From the NCBI GenBank assembly GCA_043228905.1, contig JBHGNT010000008.1:14446001-14510000 (forward strand): a stretch of 64,000 bases of DNA. The letters are read 5' to 3'. Of this stretch, positions 52,501 to 64,000 are shown piece by piece; positions within the stretch are counted from its first letter, which is position 1, and every line of letters begins with the position of its first letter. The translations under genes were made by a program, and so were the position numbers. The DNA is from Azolla caroliniana (lineage: Eukaryota; Plantae; Polypodiophyta). A model generated the notes under the pieces. It ran no database searches. It saw only the letters and a program-made list of their open reading frames with translations, and was not told where the DNA came from.

Positions 52501-52669
52501 TAACGTTTACCTGTGTAGGAGGGGGTCGATGTATGGCTAGATGATGAGCAGCGGGAGTAGAGAAGGTTCCTGGGATGAGAGAGGAGGCATGGAATTCACC
52601 ATAGATCCTCTTTGATGACGACGGGGGAGAGCGTGTGGTCACTGTGCAATGCATTCTCTCTGTAGACAT
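46483..52669 (-). CDS. YidD/UPF0161 membrane-protein insertion efficiency factor family protein (likely plastid-targeted), 5 exons, ~186 aa
   Basis: complement(join(52511..52669,47944..48049,47759..47854,47158..47298,46483..46541)), 561 nt; domain GVAIALALLSFYRREISPFLPRTCRYVPTCSEYSMQAYQRYGVTKGTILTAWRLLRCNPFGSSGFDPPRWF; S/T/P-rich N-terminus. Exons 3-5 are secure, exons 1-2 less so. Confidence 0.85.
47158..47298 (-). CDS. YidD/UPF0161 exon 4 (core CRYxPTCS...RCNP motif)
   Basis: TGCAG|GA EISPFLPRTCRYVPTCSEY...LLRCNPF G|GTAAGT. Confidence 0.93.
47759..47854 (-). CDS. YidD/UPF0161 exon 3
   Basis: ATGCAG|AA ELQKGSKLQSATEIQGSLGVAIALALLSFYR A|GTAAGT; an alternative acceptor would start the exon at 47870. 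Confidence 0.8.
47944..48049 (-). CDS. YidD/UPF0161 exon 2
   Basis: GATGCAG|LQLVTPHANK...PIEHE G|GCAGGT (GC donor inferred from phase). Confidence 0.6.
48490..48684 (+). mobile_element. Partial LTR, same family as 51071-51533
   Basis: Shared ATATTGGGATGGTTGTAATATTTTG...TACTAGCATTTTTGTCC...TAACA end. Confidence 0.6.
48860..49680 (+). mobile_element. Gypsy gag fragment
   Basis: RWIWDMEGCLEQC..YLKDDAYNW...WKDFKQRMQENFIPQN; FLYGLRP; degenerate knuckle GCFKRGAPHLAR. Confidence 0.75.
49681..50390 (-). mobile_element. Gypsy gag fragment, inverted paralog of 48860-49680
   Basis: RWIRDKTEGYLEQCRVKPR..FLKTNAYN...DFKQRIRQYFIPWNEP on the minus strand. Confidence 0.75.
50440..50980 (+). mobile_element. 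RTEX-like LINE 3' fragment
   Basis: RSHDLGIEVALW...CKVCKVGIVEDEYHLLFTC (C-terminal CCHC), then stem-loop GGTCAATGTTGGCC and a (TATT)n-like tail. Confidence 0.75.
51071..51533 (+). mobile_element. Solo/partial LTR
   Basis: GTCCC-rich, ends GGGACATAACA; similar to 48490-48684. Confidence 0.6.
52511..52669 (-). CDS. YidD/UPF0161 exon 1 (transit-peptide-like)
   Basis: MSTERMHCTVTTRSPPSSSK...RPPPTQ|GTAAAC, phase 0, matching exon 2. Confidence 0.65.
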
Positions 52670-52730
52670 CGAACAAGAACTCAAGGAAGGATAGAATGGA
52701 TTCTTAGCGCTATTTATGGAGCTCAACAGA

Positions 52731-52859
52731 CAAATACGAATACGAATACAAATACAAGTACGAATACACATACAAATACAAATACAAATACAAATACAAA
52801 TACAAATACAAATACAAATACGAATACACATACATATACAAATACAAATACAAATACAA

Positions 52860-52898
<39 letters not shown>

Positions 52899-52978
52899 TA
52901 CATACATACATACATACATACATACATACATACATACATACATACATACATACATACATACATACATACATACACACA
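52731..52978. repeat. Compound microsatellite (AAATAC)n(AC)n(ATAC)n
   Basis: Directly visible; explains several spurious ORFs. Confidence 0.95.
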
Positions 52979-52987
52979 CCAACAAAC

Positions 52988-55900
52988 CGTGGTGTCTAAA
53001 TACCTCCAAAAATTGAAGAGGGCAAGTGAGGGAATTGCGGAGAGGGATGGTGCATGTCGCTTAGCCTAGGGCAAATGCGATTTGCACCGTCCGATGTGGG
53101 GAAAAAAAACTCGCGAAGAAATCGTCACTTACTGGGGAGCCCGACTAGGAACCCCACTCATTATTAATGAGCACTGATTATAAAAACCCTGAATCACTCA
53201 TTTTGAACCTATTTTGAAAAGAGAATTTTAGGGTATTTGGATGGAAGAATCAGAGAGGAGCACCACTTTCTGCCAGCGAGCACTTCCTAACCACCTACAT
53301 TCAATTTGCAAAATGAAGGAAATAATAGGTGTGTATTTTCATGGTTATTTTTATTTTTTACATCGTTTAGGGTTTCTTTTCATTTACATTTGATCACATG
53401 GTTCCATATTCTAACATGGTGAGAGACTTAATTGTTCCATTTTTCAAATGTATCATATAAATGCATTGTAACAGTTATAATTTCAGCATCAATATGACGA
53501 AATGTTGAGGAGGAGCCCAATAGTCTATTGTGACCTGTTGAATAATCCATCGACGGTCAACTTGAAGACATTGGGTGATTTGATGATACGTCATATCTCT
53601 ACTGTTGCAGCCGACCATTGCATCATTAGCGACGAGCGTCATCATGTATTGCATATCCTGACCCAACCCAATGGGGCAGATTGTGGGTTTTACATGATGC
53701 TTATAATTTGGATTATGGTTGAGGAGTTCATTCAAGGAATCTCTGATTCAACAGATTTTGATGTGGAGCTCCTTCGAAAACGTTGGCAAAATGGGCATGC
53801 CGAATTTTGGGCTTTCCCATATATTAACCGAAGGAAATGTTATACTTTGTAACATAAAATATATGATATCGGTGTATTATCAAGCTTTTTTGTATCAATT
53901 TTTTGTAACAATGTTGTAAATCTTTTTAGTACGTTGGAACCAAGGCTGCCAACCTTTTTTGCATATTGTAACCAAGGCAACTTGAATGATCGTGGCCTGT
54001 TGTAAATGGTTGATTTTGTAATATGGCATCTATACGTCTTGTGTATCTTCTTCTTGCCTCTTATTTGTAACATGGATGTAAAGCTTGTTTATATGAAACT
54101 GTTTGTATATAGGCTGATGAGTTTTGATTATGTTCAGAGGATGGAGTTTTGATTTTTCAGTTTTTGTATGCAATGGATTTTGTTTAGAGGATATGATTAA
54201 TTGACAACATGAGTAATGCAATGGAATTACTTATGATACACTCTTATGCCAATGGATTTACTTATGATCTACTCTAAGGGTGATGATCTACTTCAGTATA
54301 ACCAAAACTGATGATGATGTATATGGATTTTGTAATATCAAAATCAATATTTGAATCTCATTTTGGTTGTATCTAACTCAATGTGGAGCTACATTTTTTC
54401 TCACATTGCTATATTTCTTTGTGAAGCGAACATAAATCACAACTTTGTTATGTTATACATGTAGTTGCATTGAAAAGGCCATCATGGTAATATCTCAATG
54501 TTCTTATATGGATAGCCATTGATTTATTATATGGATTTTGGGTGTGTTAAACCAAGGATTTTCTGTTCAATGCTAAAAAAGGGTCAGAATTCAATCTTAT
54601 AGACAATCCTACAAGAATACTAATATATGAGTTCAATACATGCTAAACTTGTCCTATTATCATGAGATATTGTAGTTGAGTAATGGTATAAAAGAATGAA
54701 ACACTTCTATTGAATTCAGGTGTTAAGAGAGAATGGAGTAGAATAGAATCTATTCTTATTTTCCATTCAGCAAATTCCGATCTATGGGAGCAATTAAACA
54801 TGTCATCATATATGTGATCCCTTGTGAAGGGGGTTTGCTGTTTTGTAGTTAAAAAGTGTGTGAAGGTAATTAATGTGCTTATATGCTCATCCTTCTTGGT
54901 GGGATTTGAGTATCATGCTTCTCTAGTACGACATCATACTTATTGCATCCGATGAGCATGTGAGAATGATATTCACCATCCACAAGGTTTTCTATGCATA
55001 CCTTGTATATATTCAAAATTGGGTAGTATTATATTGATACTGGTACTCTAGAGGGATGTATGTATGGAAATTTATTTTTACACCCTAATATGGAATCTTT
55101 CATGTGGAATTGAAATGTTATAAGTGCCACTATTTTTTGTACTCTTTAGTAGTTGTTTGCTATGTCTATTTAACCTTGGAAATTCCAAGTGGTGTCCAAT
55201 GCTTCCTACAAGTTTGAAAATGTGTTATTGTGTCATTTCGTCTTCTGTTGATTGATGATCCATAGGTAGTAGTATTCCATGGTAAAAAGTCAAAGAACCA
55301 AGAAAATGCCCAAATTATGAAAGCTAACTTTACATGGAACATGAGTGAATGAGTGAGTTTGAAAATGTGAATGTGTCATTGTGTCATTTCTTCTTGTTTT
55401 GGCTCATGATCCATAGGTAGAGTATTCCATGGTATAAAGTCAAAGAATCAAGAAAAAGCCCAAATTACGAGAGTTAACTTTACTTGGAACATGAGTGAGT
55501 TGCATATTAAAGTGACAATCAACATAGCCCAAAATTCAAATGGTACGAGCTAATTTTACTTAAACAAAAGTGTTAAGGGCAGGATGCGGATTAGAAGGAT
55601 CATAGGGTAAAAGATCTACAATTGCAAAAGACAAGAATTCATCACGTTGTAACTTGTAAAGAAGAGAATTCAATACCACTATTACGACCCTTAAATGTAA
55701 ATGAAGTGTAAAGTGACTAACCAAATGTTGAAACCCTAATAAAGAAATTAATCGAAGAAGAAAAAAAACCAAAGAGAAAGAATTAAAAAAGAAGGATTTG
55801 AACCATAAACCTAGCAAAACTTAAGAATAACATTAACCAATGCCCTATTCATTTTTATTTTATTATATTGGTTTTACGTTTTTGAGAGTCGGGCTCCAAC

Positions 55901-56162
55901 CCAAAGTTGGTCGGGCTCCTAGTGACAGAGGCTGTTAGACAGTGGGGTTCCTTTTGACAAAGTCGGGCTCCTGGTGATAGAGGCTGTCAGATAGCAGGGC
56001 TCCTTATGACAAAGTCGGGCTCCTGGTGACAGACGTTGTCAGCTTTTTATCCAGATTGGACGGTGGAGATTGCACGCGCCATCAGCTGAGCGACCTGCAC
56101 CGTCTGCGCCCGCGATTCCCTCACTTTCCCTCTTTAATTTTTTGTAGTAGTTAGTCACGAGC
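52988..56162. mobile_element. Mutator-like DNA transposon derivative (MULE) carrying a Ulp1/C48 peptidase fragment
   Basis: ~110-bp imperfect TIRs (52988-53100 vs 56050-56162); perfect 9-bp TSD CCAACAAAC; subterminal GGAGCCCGAC repeats; no transposase seen. Confidence 0.8.
53487..53852 (+). pseudogene. Ulp1-like (peptidase C48) C-terminal fragment
   Basis: IVYCDLL (cf. IxYxDSL) and TQPNGADCGFYMM (Q-x-N-x-x-D-C-G catalytic Cys motif); the catalytic His segment is not seen. Confidence 0.7.
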
Positions 56163-56207
56163 CCAACAAACAAATACAAATACACACACACACACACATA
56201 CACACAC

Positions 56208-56290
56208 CGACGTGTCTAACTACTCCCAAATATTAAAGAGGTCAATTGAGGGAATCATGACTCAACTGAAGCAGGAGCCCGAGGAGCCCG
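56208..56290 (+). mobile_element. Orphan left TIR of a related MULE
   Basis: CGACGTGTCTAACTACTCCCAAATATTAAAGAGG...GAGGGAATC plus GGAGCCCG repeats; no partner TIR found in the window. Confidence 0.6.
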
Positions 56291-57019
56291 TATACACTAG
56301 ACATTCGGTTAAGTGCACACTTTGAACGCAAGGAAGAAGTGTGCACTTAACCGAGCTGCGCACTTAGGGGTTTTCTATAACATTTTATGGTTTTTTGGAA
56401 GTTTTTAGGGTTTTTTGAAATATTTTCCTTTTGTGCTCTAATCATACAATTCTTGATAAGAAAAGTGATCAATTTACATGATATAATTGACCTGAAATGT
56501 TTCTGGTTTCAGCATACATACTCTTCAGTTTCTTTCTCCATTCTAGGTTACCTTTAGTTTTCACCTTTTTGCTACGTTTGAGGAATACATCCATTATGCA
56601 ACAAAACTAATGAACTTCCTTGGATGCGATGAGTTTTTTCTTGCGTTTTCTTCCTAGTGGCGGTAGGTTTGAGGAATCGAAGTGCAGATGGAGGAGACAG
56701 GAAAAGAGAGTGAGGGAGCAATGGACAAATCACAGGCTGCAACTTTTGTCATCTTTGAAAATAAACAAGATGCACAGAAAGAGAGAGGGAGGGAGAGAGG
56801 CTTTCTTCATGCAGGAAAAGAGCATGCATGCATGTGGCACAGACACACACAAAAAGAGAAGGACAATAGATAGAAGTTTTGTTGCACATGGAGAAGGAGA
56901 GCTCGCGTTCACGGCCGATCGCTGCAAAAACTTGATTGTTCACAATCATCAAGAATTGTTTGCTTTTCTTTGCTTATGTTCTTTAATCAAGCATCAAAAT
57001 CACAGACTCATAATCATAA

Positions 57020-57183
<164 letters not shown>

Positions 57184-58109
57184 AAACTCCTTTTGTTATT
57201 TTTGAATGTTTGGAACATAGTTTCAATTTGGTTTAATTTAATTTCGTCATGAAACAATGTAAATTTTTTGATCTGGATTTTGACCTCTATAAAAAGCGTA
57301 CTTAATAGAATGGTGCACTTAAGTGGGCACATACTTAACTGAATGTCTATTGTATATACATATATTGTGGTGTGGGAAGAGAATTTTGAAACTTTATTTA
57401 TGTGGTGAGTGAGGACGGGGAAAACAGAGAACACGATTGCGCAAATTGAAACCCTAACAATCAGTTTAGGGTTTTAGGGTTTATGTTGTTGCTAATGCTT
57501 CTCTCGATTAGGTATTTCTTTGTTCTTTCGTTTTCATCCTTCCCTTCATTCATATTTTTTTTTTCCGGTTCAGGTAGAAGTTGTTGGATGCACATAGATA
57601 CACATATACATGCATGCATCATCATATATGAAGTGGGGGCGGGATCTCCTCGCATCCCTCTCTTCGTAATCTTTCCTTTGTTTTCTTTCTTCTTCCTTTC
57701 AACTTTGGTATGCATTCTCATTCCTCCTCTTTATTTTTGCATTTCTCGATGAAAAGTTGCTCTCTTGCTTTCTAGGTTAAAATGCATTTCTTCCAAGTAT
57801 CACAATCGTGGAGGTGTATATACATACATACATACATACATACATACATTGTACATCTTTTGAATAGATGTATGATTCTAAGGATGCAAGATTCAGTTTG
57901 TAGTAAAAAATAATCTCCTTGGTTTTTCAACAACAACATTCTTTGATTATTCACTTCATAGTATGAACCATACGTACCATACATGCATTCGTGTTCGAGA
58001 ATGTTTCAATCATTCGAGTATGGTAAACACCCTTGAAGAATGGTAAATACCATACCTTTGGATAAATTATTTACTATAAGTTAAATATTTTTTCAAGGTA
58101 AGAAATTTA

Positions 58110-58555
58110 AAAAAATTGCAAAAATTCAACAAATTACAAGCTTTATAGAAAAATTACAAAACTTAGAGAGCAATTACAAAAGAATTACAAAATTTACAGA
58201 AATGACAAAGAAATTACAAAAATAACAAAGAAATTACAGAAATTATAGTTCAATGTTTAAGCCAATGATCACATGAATGGAAAGAAGATTCCTGTATGTG
58301 TTCACCGTTCTTTGTAGTTTTATACTTTGAGTCTTTGTAGTTTTTATTGGTCTACCACGGCTACAACCTTTATAAGGTTGTCTGTCTAATCATTTAGTCA
58401 TGTATGTAGAATTTGTACTAATGAAGAATATGTTTTTGGTAAAAGAAAGAAATTATAGAAATTACAAAGAAATTACAAAAATTACAACGAAATTACAGAG
58501 AAATTACAAAAAGTACAAAACAATTACAGAAATTACAAAACAATTATATAAATTG
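58110..58555. repeat. A-rich AAATTACA(A/G) minisatellite blocks
   Basis: Two blocks at ~58130-58250 and ~58445-58555. Confidence 0.75.
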
Positions 58556-58562
58556 CTAGGAA

Positions 58563-59166
58563 TGTGGGACTGAATCGGGATGATTTGGACTACCAACACA
58601 ATCAAGAAAAATGAAATAATAGATGAAACCACAAGACAGAAAATGAGAGTGCACCAAAAATTTTAACGTGGAAAACCCAAAATACGGAAAAACCATGGGA
58701 ACCGTAGGTTCTGAACAACTTCACTATGTTTTGAGTACAATAGAATACGACCTCACAAGAGGAATGTGTCTACCTCAAGGCAATGGCCTTGGTTACAACC
58801 TTCACCCAATCGGGTGTATAGAATATCAAAGATTACAACTGAGTATAGTCTTTCTAGGTTTGAAGTAGAAGAAATGAACTAGCCTCAAGACAACAACCTT
58901 GGCTACTATCTTCACCCAATTGGGTGGATAAGACAACAAAGATTACAATTGAGTATAGTATCTCTAGTTTTGAAGTAGAGGAAACGTATTGGCCTCAAGA
59001 CAACAGGCCTTGGCTACAATCTTCACATGATCGGGTGGATACAACAATAATAAGCACAACTAAGTGTAGTCTCTCTAGGTTTTTGACTAGAGGAAATATA
59101 TTAGACTCAAGGCAACAACCTTGGCTACGATCCTCACCCGATTGGGTGGATAAACCAACAAGCAAT
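58563..59166 (-). mobile_element. LTR-like remnant with ~110-120-bp tandem repeats (x4)
   Basis: TTTTAACGTGGAAAACCC...GGAAAAACCATGGG resembles a reversed Copia LTR end; CTCAAGRCAA..CCTTGGYTAC..TCACC units at ~58774, 58884, 58994 and 59106. Confidence 0.45.
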
Positions 59167-61168
59167 TGTCATGAAGACATACAATACATTTTGGCCCTAC
59201 AAGGATTCGAACCCACGACGTCTTGGTCTATATGTTAGACCTTTAACCATTATAATAACATTGATGTAATGCATAATATTCAGTTGCATAAGCTCCCAAG
59301 CCCAGTGTCTGTCAGAGTCATTGATGGACGCCCCATAGCATCAGGTGATATAGTTGAAGATTTTGAACCAATTTGTGTAGTCCTAGGCAATTTGGTTAGT
59401 GTCATCTCGTTCAACATCATTAGTAGTCTAGAGCATTCCCAAGTTCTTGGTCTTCCATGGTTTGAGCTACATAACCCAACTATTGATTAGAGAAAAAGAA
59501 CCATTGAAGAGGTCTCAATACAGTCTGAGTCTCTTAAAACTCCAAGAAGGGATATGAGATTCCAAAAGATTTCGACATTCTTTGTACATCAGTTATGTGA
59601 GGAAGGATGGAAGGAAGACATGTTTGTGTTTGCAGTTTTAGCAACTCCCACATCGAGCTCACAAGAATTGGGGGTCCAACTACCGAAGAAATATATAGAT
59701 TTCTTTGATGTGTTTGATAAGGTGAAGGCCAATAGACAACCAGAGCATTGACCATATGATTGCCCGATTGATTTGAGCTCCGAAAAGAGCCTCCATGGTT
59801 GCCAATTTATAACCTTTCGCCCACAGAGCTAGAGGTTCTTCAGGAATATATCGATGAGCACTTGGCAAATGGGTTTATCTAGCATTCAAGATCTCCTACC
59901 AGCGCACCCATATTTTTCGTTAAGAAGAAAGATGGTTCACATCATCTGGTCGTGGATTATTGTGGATTGAATAAAGTAAGAATTCGAAACCAATATGCTC
60001 TACCATTGATTTCAAGTGTTTTGGAATGCCTCAACGAAGCTAAATAGTTCACAAAGTTAGATCTTTGAGGTGCTTACAGCCTTGTACGAATTCGTCCTGG
60101 GGATGAATGGAAGACTGCTTTCCGTACTCGCTATGGCCATTTTGAGTATATAGTGATGCCATTTGGTCTCACGAATGTACCAATAGTTTTCCAACATATG
60201 GCGAATGACATTTTTCGAGATTTCCTCGATATTTTCGTTATAGTTTACCTGAATGATATCTTGATCTATGCAAAAACTCAAGAGGAGCATGATATACATG
60301 TTCGACAAGATTTGCAACGGTTGCGTGAATATGGTCTATATGCAAAATTGGAGAAGTGTAGTTTCGATCAACGTCAAGTGGATTTTTTGGGGTACATAGT
60401 CTCTTCACATGGCATCTCTATGGATCCAACAAAGGTTCAAACAATTTTGGATTGGCAAACACCATAGTCTGTGCGAGATGTATAATGTTTTTTGGGGTTC
60501 ACAAACTTTTATCACAAGTTCATCAAAGATTATTCAAAGATCATATTGCTCCTCACTCAACTGACACAAAAGAATCGACCATTTGTGTGGAGTACAAATG
60601 CAAACTCTGCATTTGAAGGTTTGAAGCAAGCATTTACATCCGCACCAATTTTGATAGATGTTGATCCACTGAAGCGCTTTATACTCGAAGCTAATGCATC
60701 CGACTTCACACTAGGAAGCGTGCTATCCTAGATTAGTGATGATGGCCAACTGCACCCTATGGCTTTTCACTCACGGAAATTTGATACTGCAGAAAGAAAC
60801 TATGAGATTTACGACAAAGAGCTTCTTGCCATTGTGGATCCTTTTCAACAATGGCGTCATTTTTTGGAGGGTTCTTCTCAACAGATCGTTGCCTACAATG
60901 ATTACAAAAATCTAATGTACTTCCAAAGTGCTCGAGTCTTGAGTCGTCGACAAGCTCGTTGGGTGCAATTCTTAACTTGTTTTAATTTCGTAATTCTATA
61001 TCGCCTTGGGATGCAACAAGGAAAAGCATATGCTTTATCTAGGCGTTCGTATATGGAACTTCAACCAAGAGAGGCCGCATTTGAAAGTCAAAAGCAAATC
61101 CTCTTGGGTCCTAAGCGTTTACGACAAATGGCATTTCATGCTATAGACACACCCGGAGATTCAAGCAT
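59167..61168 (+). mobile_element. Second Tcn1-like Gypsy element, truncated (LTR stub, protease C-half, RT, RNase H)
   Basis: TGTCATGA LTR start with tRNA-like box, joined directly to VIDGRPIASG..LGLPWFELHNP; RT (APIFFVKKKDGS, MPFGLTN, YLNDIL); RNase H (NYEIYDKELLAIV); many stops. Confidence 0.9.
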
Positions 61169-64000
61169 CAAGAAGTCGTTACTTTGTAACCTTCATCGAT
61201 GATTACACTTGGCACACTTTCGCATGCGTGATCGAGAAGAAAAGCAAAGTCTTCTCTTGCTTCTTAAAGGTGAAGAGTCTTGCCGAATAGGAGACATGCC
61301 GAAAAATCAAGTGCCTAAGCACCGATGGCGGGAAAGAGTACTTCGTTGACCAGTTCTCTAGCTATCTGCAAAAGGAAGGAATTCAACATGAATTCTCCTG
61401 TAGATACACGCCAAAGCAGAATGGCATGACCGAGAGGAAGAATCGGACGATCGAAAAAGCGGCCAGGGCGATGCTTGAAGAGAAGCATATGCCGAAGATT
61501 TACTGGGCCAAAACAGTCAGGACGGCAATATACCTGCAAAATCGGACTTTTGCAAATGGAGGAGTGTTGCCACACGAGTTGTACTTCGGGAAGAAGCCGA
61601 ATTTGGCATAGTTGAGGGTTTTCGGTAGCGTTGCATATGTGCATGTGCCGAAGGAAAAGCGAAGGGAGCTGGTCGCAAAAGCCGAAAAATGTATCTTGGT
61701 CATCTACTCGGATGAGCAGAAGGGTTATAAGTGTTATAAACCCCGCAAAAAAGAAGTCCGAGTAAGCCCAGATGTCGTTTCCAATGAGTTGACTTTGTGG
61801 TACGTGCCTTCACCTCCAACTCCCATCCACTACATTCCGAGTTCTGAGGATGAGGCCAGTGAGGCCGAGATGCCCTCTTGATGAAGAGGAAATCAGAACT
61901 CTAGAAGAGAGTCCGATCTCATTTCGGCTAAGTGGGCCGAATGAGTGACCGAGTCGAACGGACCAGTTGGATGAAGAGTCAGCGAGCAGTGGAGACTCGG
62001 CTGTGCAGTCCCCACGCCAGAAATCGAGGAGACGATTTATGCACAACGAGTAGGGAAAGATCAAAGCACCTGAGTATGGTACCGAGGCCGAAACATTGGA
62101 TCAAAGTGAATCCGATGCGTCCAGGAGCAAAGAGGGACCTCCGAAGACGAGGTTGAAGTTGGCTGAGAGGGTCACGAAATCGGCGAACTAGACGTTACGC
62201 CGATCCACCGGCCAAAAGATCTCGTAATTTGGTATGGGTACAATGAGTATATGGCGCATCATTATGCATATATGGTGATGGTGGAAAATGTGCGTGAGCC
62301 GGAGAGCTACGCAGAAGTGGCCAAGGACGCAAATTGGTATGCCACTATGGAGGAAGAGATGCATGCGTTAATGGAGAACGAGGCGTAGGACCTGGTTGAC
62401 GCCCCAAAGGGTGTAAAGCTGATTAGATGTAGGTGGGTGTACAAGGTCAAGTACAATGCAGATGGCCCGATTAGTGGCATAGGGCTACGCACAAAAACAC
62501 GGTATCGATTATGATGAGACCTTTGCGCCAGTTGCGAAGATGACGATTGTTCATGTATTGCTGGCGGTAGCAGTGGCAAAGAGGTGGCACTTACATGAAA
62601 TGGATGTAAAGAACGCGTTCCTGCAAGACGATCTTGAGGAACAAGTGTACATGGTATAGCCCCTCAGATTTCTATACGAATGAAACACCTTAGTAGTTTG
62701 TTGATTGAAGAAGTCGTTGTATGGACTGAAGCAAGCCACGTATGTCTAGAACGCGAAGATCACGCAAAGGTTGCATAAGGTGGGGTTTGCTCCATCAGAA
62801 TCAGACTCTTCACTGTTCATTCGGCCGAGTGGAATTGAGCCGATAATTTAGCATTCTGCTTTATGTTGATGATCTAGTTATCGCTAGTGCCGATCTCAAA
62901 GAAATCGGCTGAGTAAAGTCTCAGCTTGCGACATCATTCGAAATAAAGGATCTGGGAGGACCTTCATTACTTCCTCAGGATCAAAGTGATCCGAACCCCC
63001 GAAGGCATATCGATCAGCCAACACCATTATGTGTTGAATATGCTCTTCAAGTTCAGGATGGCGGATTGTAAGTCCATCTCAACCCCTTTGGACAGAAACG
63101 TGAAGCTTCGTCGAGATTCGGGAGAGGCGTGCGACCTGACACGGTTCCGACAAATTGTCGGGAGCCTTATCTATTAGAAAATCACTCGGTCGGACCTCAG
63201 TTACCCGGTCGGCCTGAATAGTAAATTCATCTCATAACCAAAGACCAAATACCTTTAGTGTACGCAAAGGATATTGCAATATGTTAGCGGCACTAAGGAT
63301 AGGGTGTTGTTGTATCGGGCAAGAGTAGCCGAAGAGTTAGTCAGCAACACGAATGCCGATTGGGCCGGAAATGCCGACGATCGCAGGTCTACGTCTGGAT
63401 TCGCGTTTTCACTGGGAAGTGCCGTGATTGCTTGGAGCAATAAAAAGCAACCAATAGTGGCACTATCGAGCACTGAGGCCAAATATCGAGGGGCGGCTAT
63501 CGCCACGTGCGAAGCCATTTGGCTCAAAAGGTTGTTGAAGGATCTGCATGTAGAGGTGTCTGAGCCGACAATGATATACTGTGACAACCTCAGCAACATC
63601 CAACTCATGAAAAACCTTGTCTACCACGCCCAAACAAAGCACATTGAGGTGCACTATCATTTTGTCCGCGAGCGAGTCCTCTCTAGAGAAGTCGAATTGG
63701 TGTATGTTCCGATTGATCGACAGACTGTTGATATCTTCACCAAACCTTTTGGTCTAGACAAGTTGCGGCAATTCCTGGGCATGTTTGGCAGACAACACCT
63801 TGATATGCCGAACTTGAGGGGGAGGAGTGAAAATGAAAAGGAGAGAGATGAAGTTCGAAGAACCGAATCAGATGCAGAATTTGACTTCAACATGACTAAA
63901 GAAGTCAGAACGGCTAGAGAAGTCGGGGACGTATGGATAGATGGAAGAAGATCGGCTAAGAAGAAACTAGCCAAATGCGGGGGGAGCAGCTGGAAAAGAG
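61168..64000 (+). mobile_element. Copia element, different family, 5'-truncated (integrase core, RT, RNase H; degenerate)
   Basis: [69 protein letters not shown]; purine tract GAGGGGGAGGAG at 63816-63827. Confidence 0.9.

Noticed and set aside
52680-52730. WILSAIYG, resembling an L1 endonuclease motif
   Set aside because: Isolated short match, antisense to the YidD 5' leader, with no other LINE motifs.
52478-53069. Several overlapping ORFs (MYVCMYVC..., TNTNTN..., IQIQIQ...)
   Set aside because: Translations of the compound microsatellite; only 52511-52669 (minus) is retained, as YidD exon 1.
57450-57483. Interstitial telomere (TTTAGGG)
   Set aside because: Only two or three units; consistent with telo-boxes or TE sequence.
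58770-59160. CRISPR-like repeat array
   Set aside because: Eukaryotic context; whole units are diverged tandem copies with no unique spacers and no cas genes.
63828-64000. 3' LTR start (TGAAAA) after a purine tract, versus a C-terminal ORF extension
   Set aside because: No 5' LTR is available for comparison and the window ends, so it cannot be decided.

Overview
Eukaryotic, TE-rich land-plant nuclear DNA; large TE-filled introns and Tcn1-like Gypsy elements suggest a fern or other non-seed plant (inference). Three spliced protein-coding genes can be reconstructed on the minus strand with phase-consistent splice junctions: a DUF630/DUF632 protein (4 exons, ~650 aa, with a 16.1-kb first intron), a Pumilio/PUF RNA-binding protein (5 coding exons, ~994 aa), and a YidD/UPF0161-family protein (5 exons, ~186 aa) whose conserved domain is absent from the ORF track and which probably uses a GC-AG intron. 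A multi-exon, apparently non-coding transcript may lie on the plus strand at ~23.3-25.9 kb. The rest is nested mobile DNA: an RTEX-like LINE split by two sibling Copia elements and a solo LTR, hAT-type MITEs, two Tcn1-like Gypsy elements, several solo LTRs, a Mutator-like element carrying a Ulp1 protease fragment, and a third Copia. The most notable signals are that several distinct Gypsy LTRs carry an outward-facing tRNA-like Pol III A-box/B-box module just inside their 5' end, and that the most complete Gypsy element has a self-complementary (Tf1-like) primer site instead of a tRNA PBS. All coordinates were read by eye; no database searches were run.
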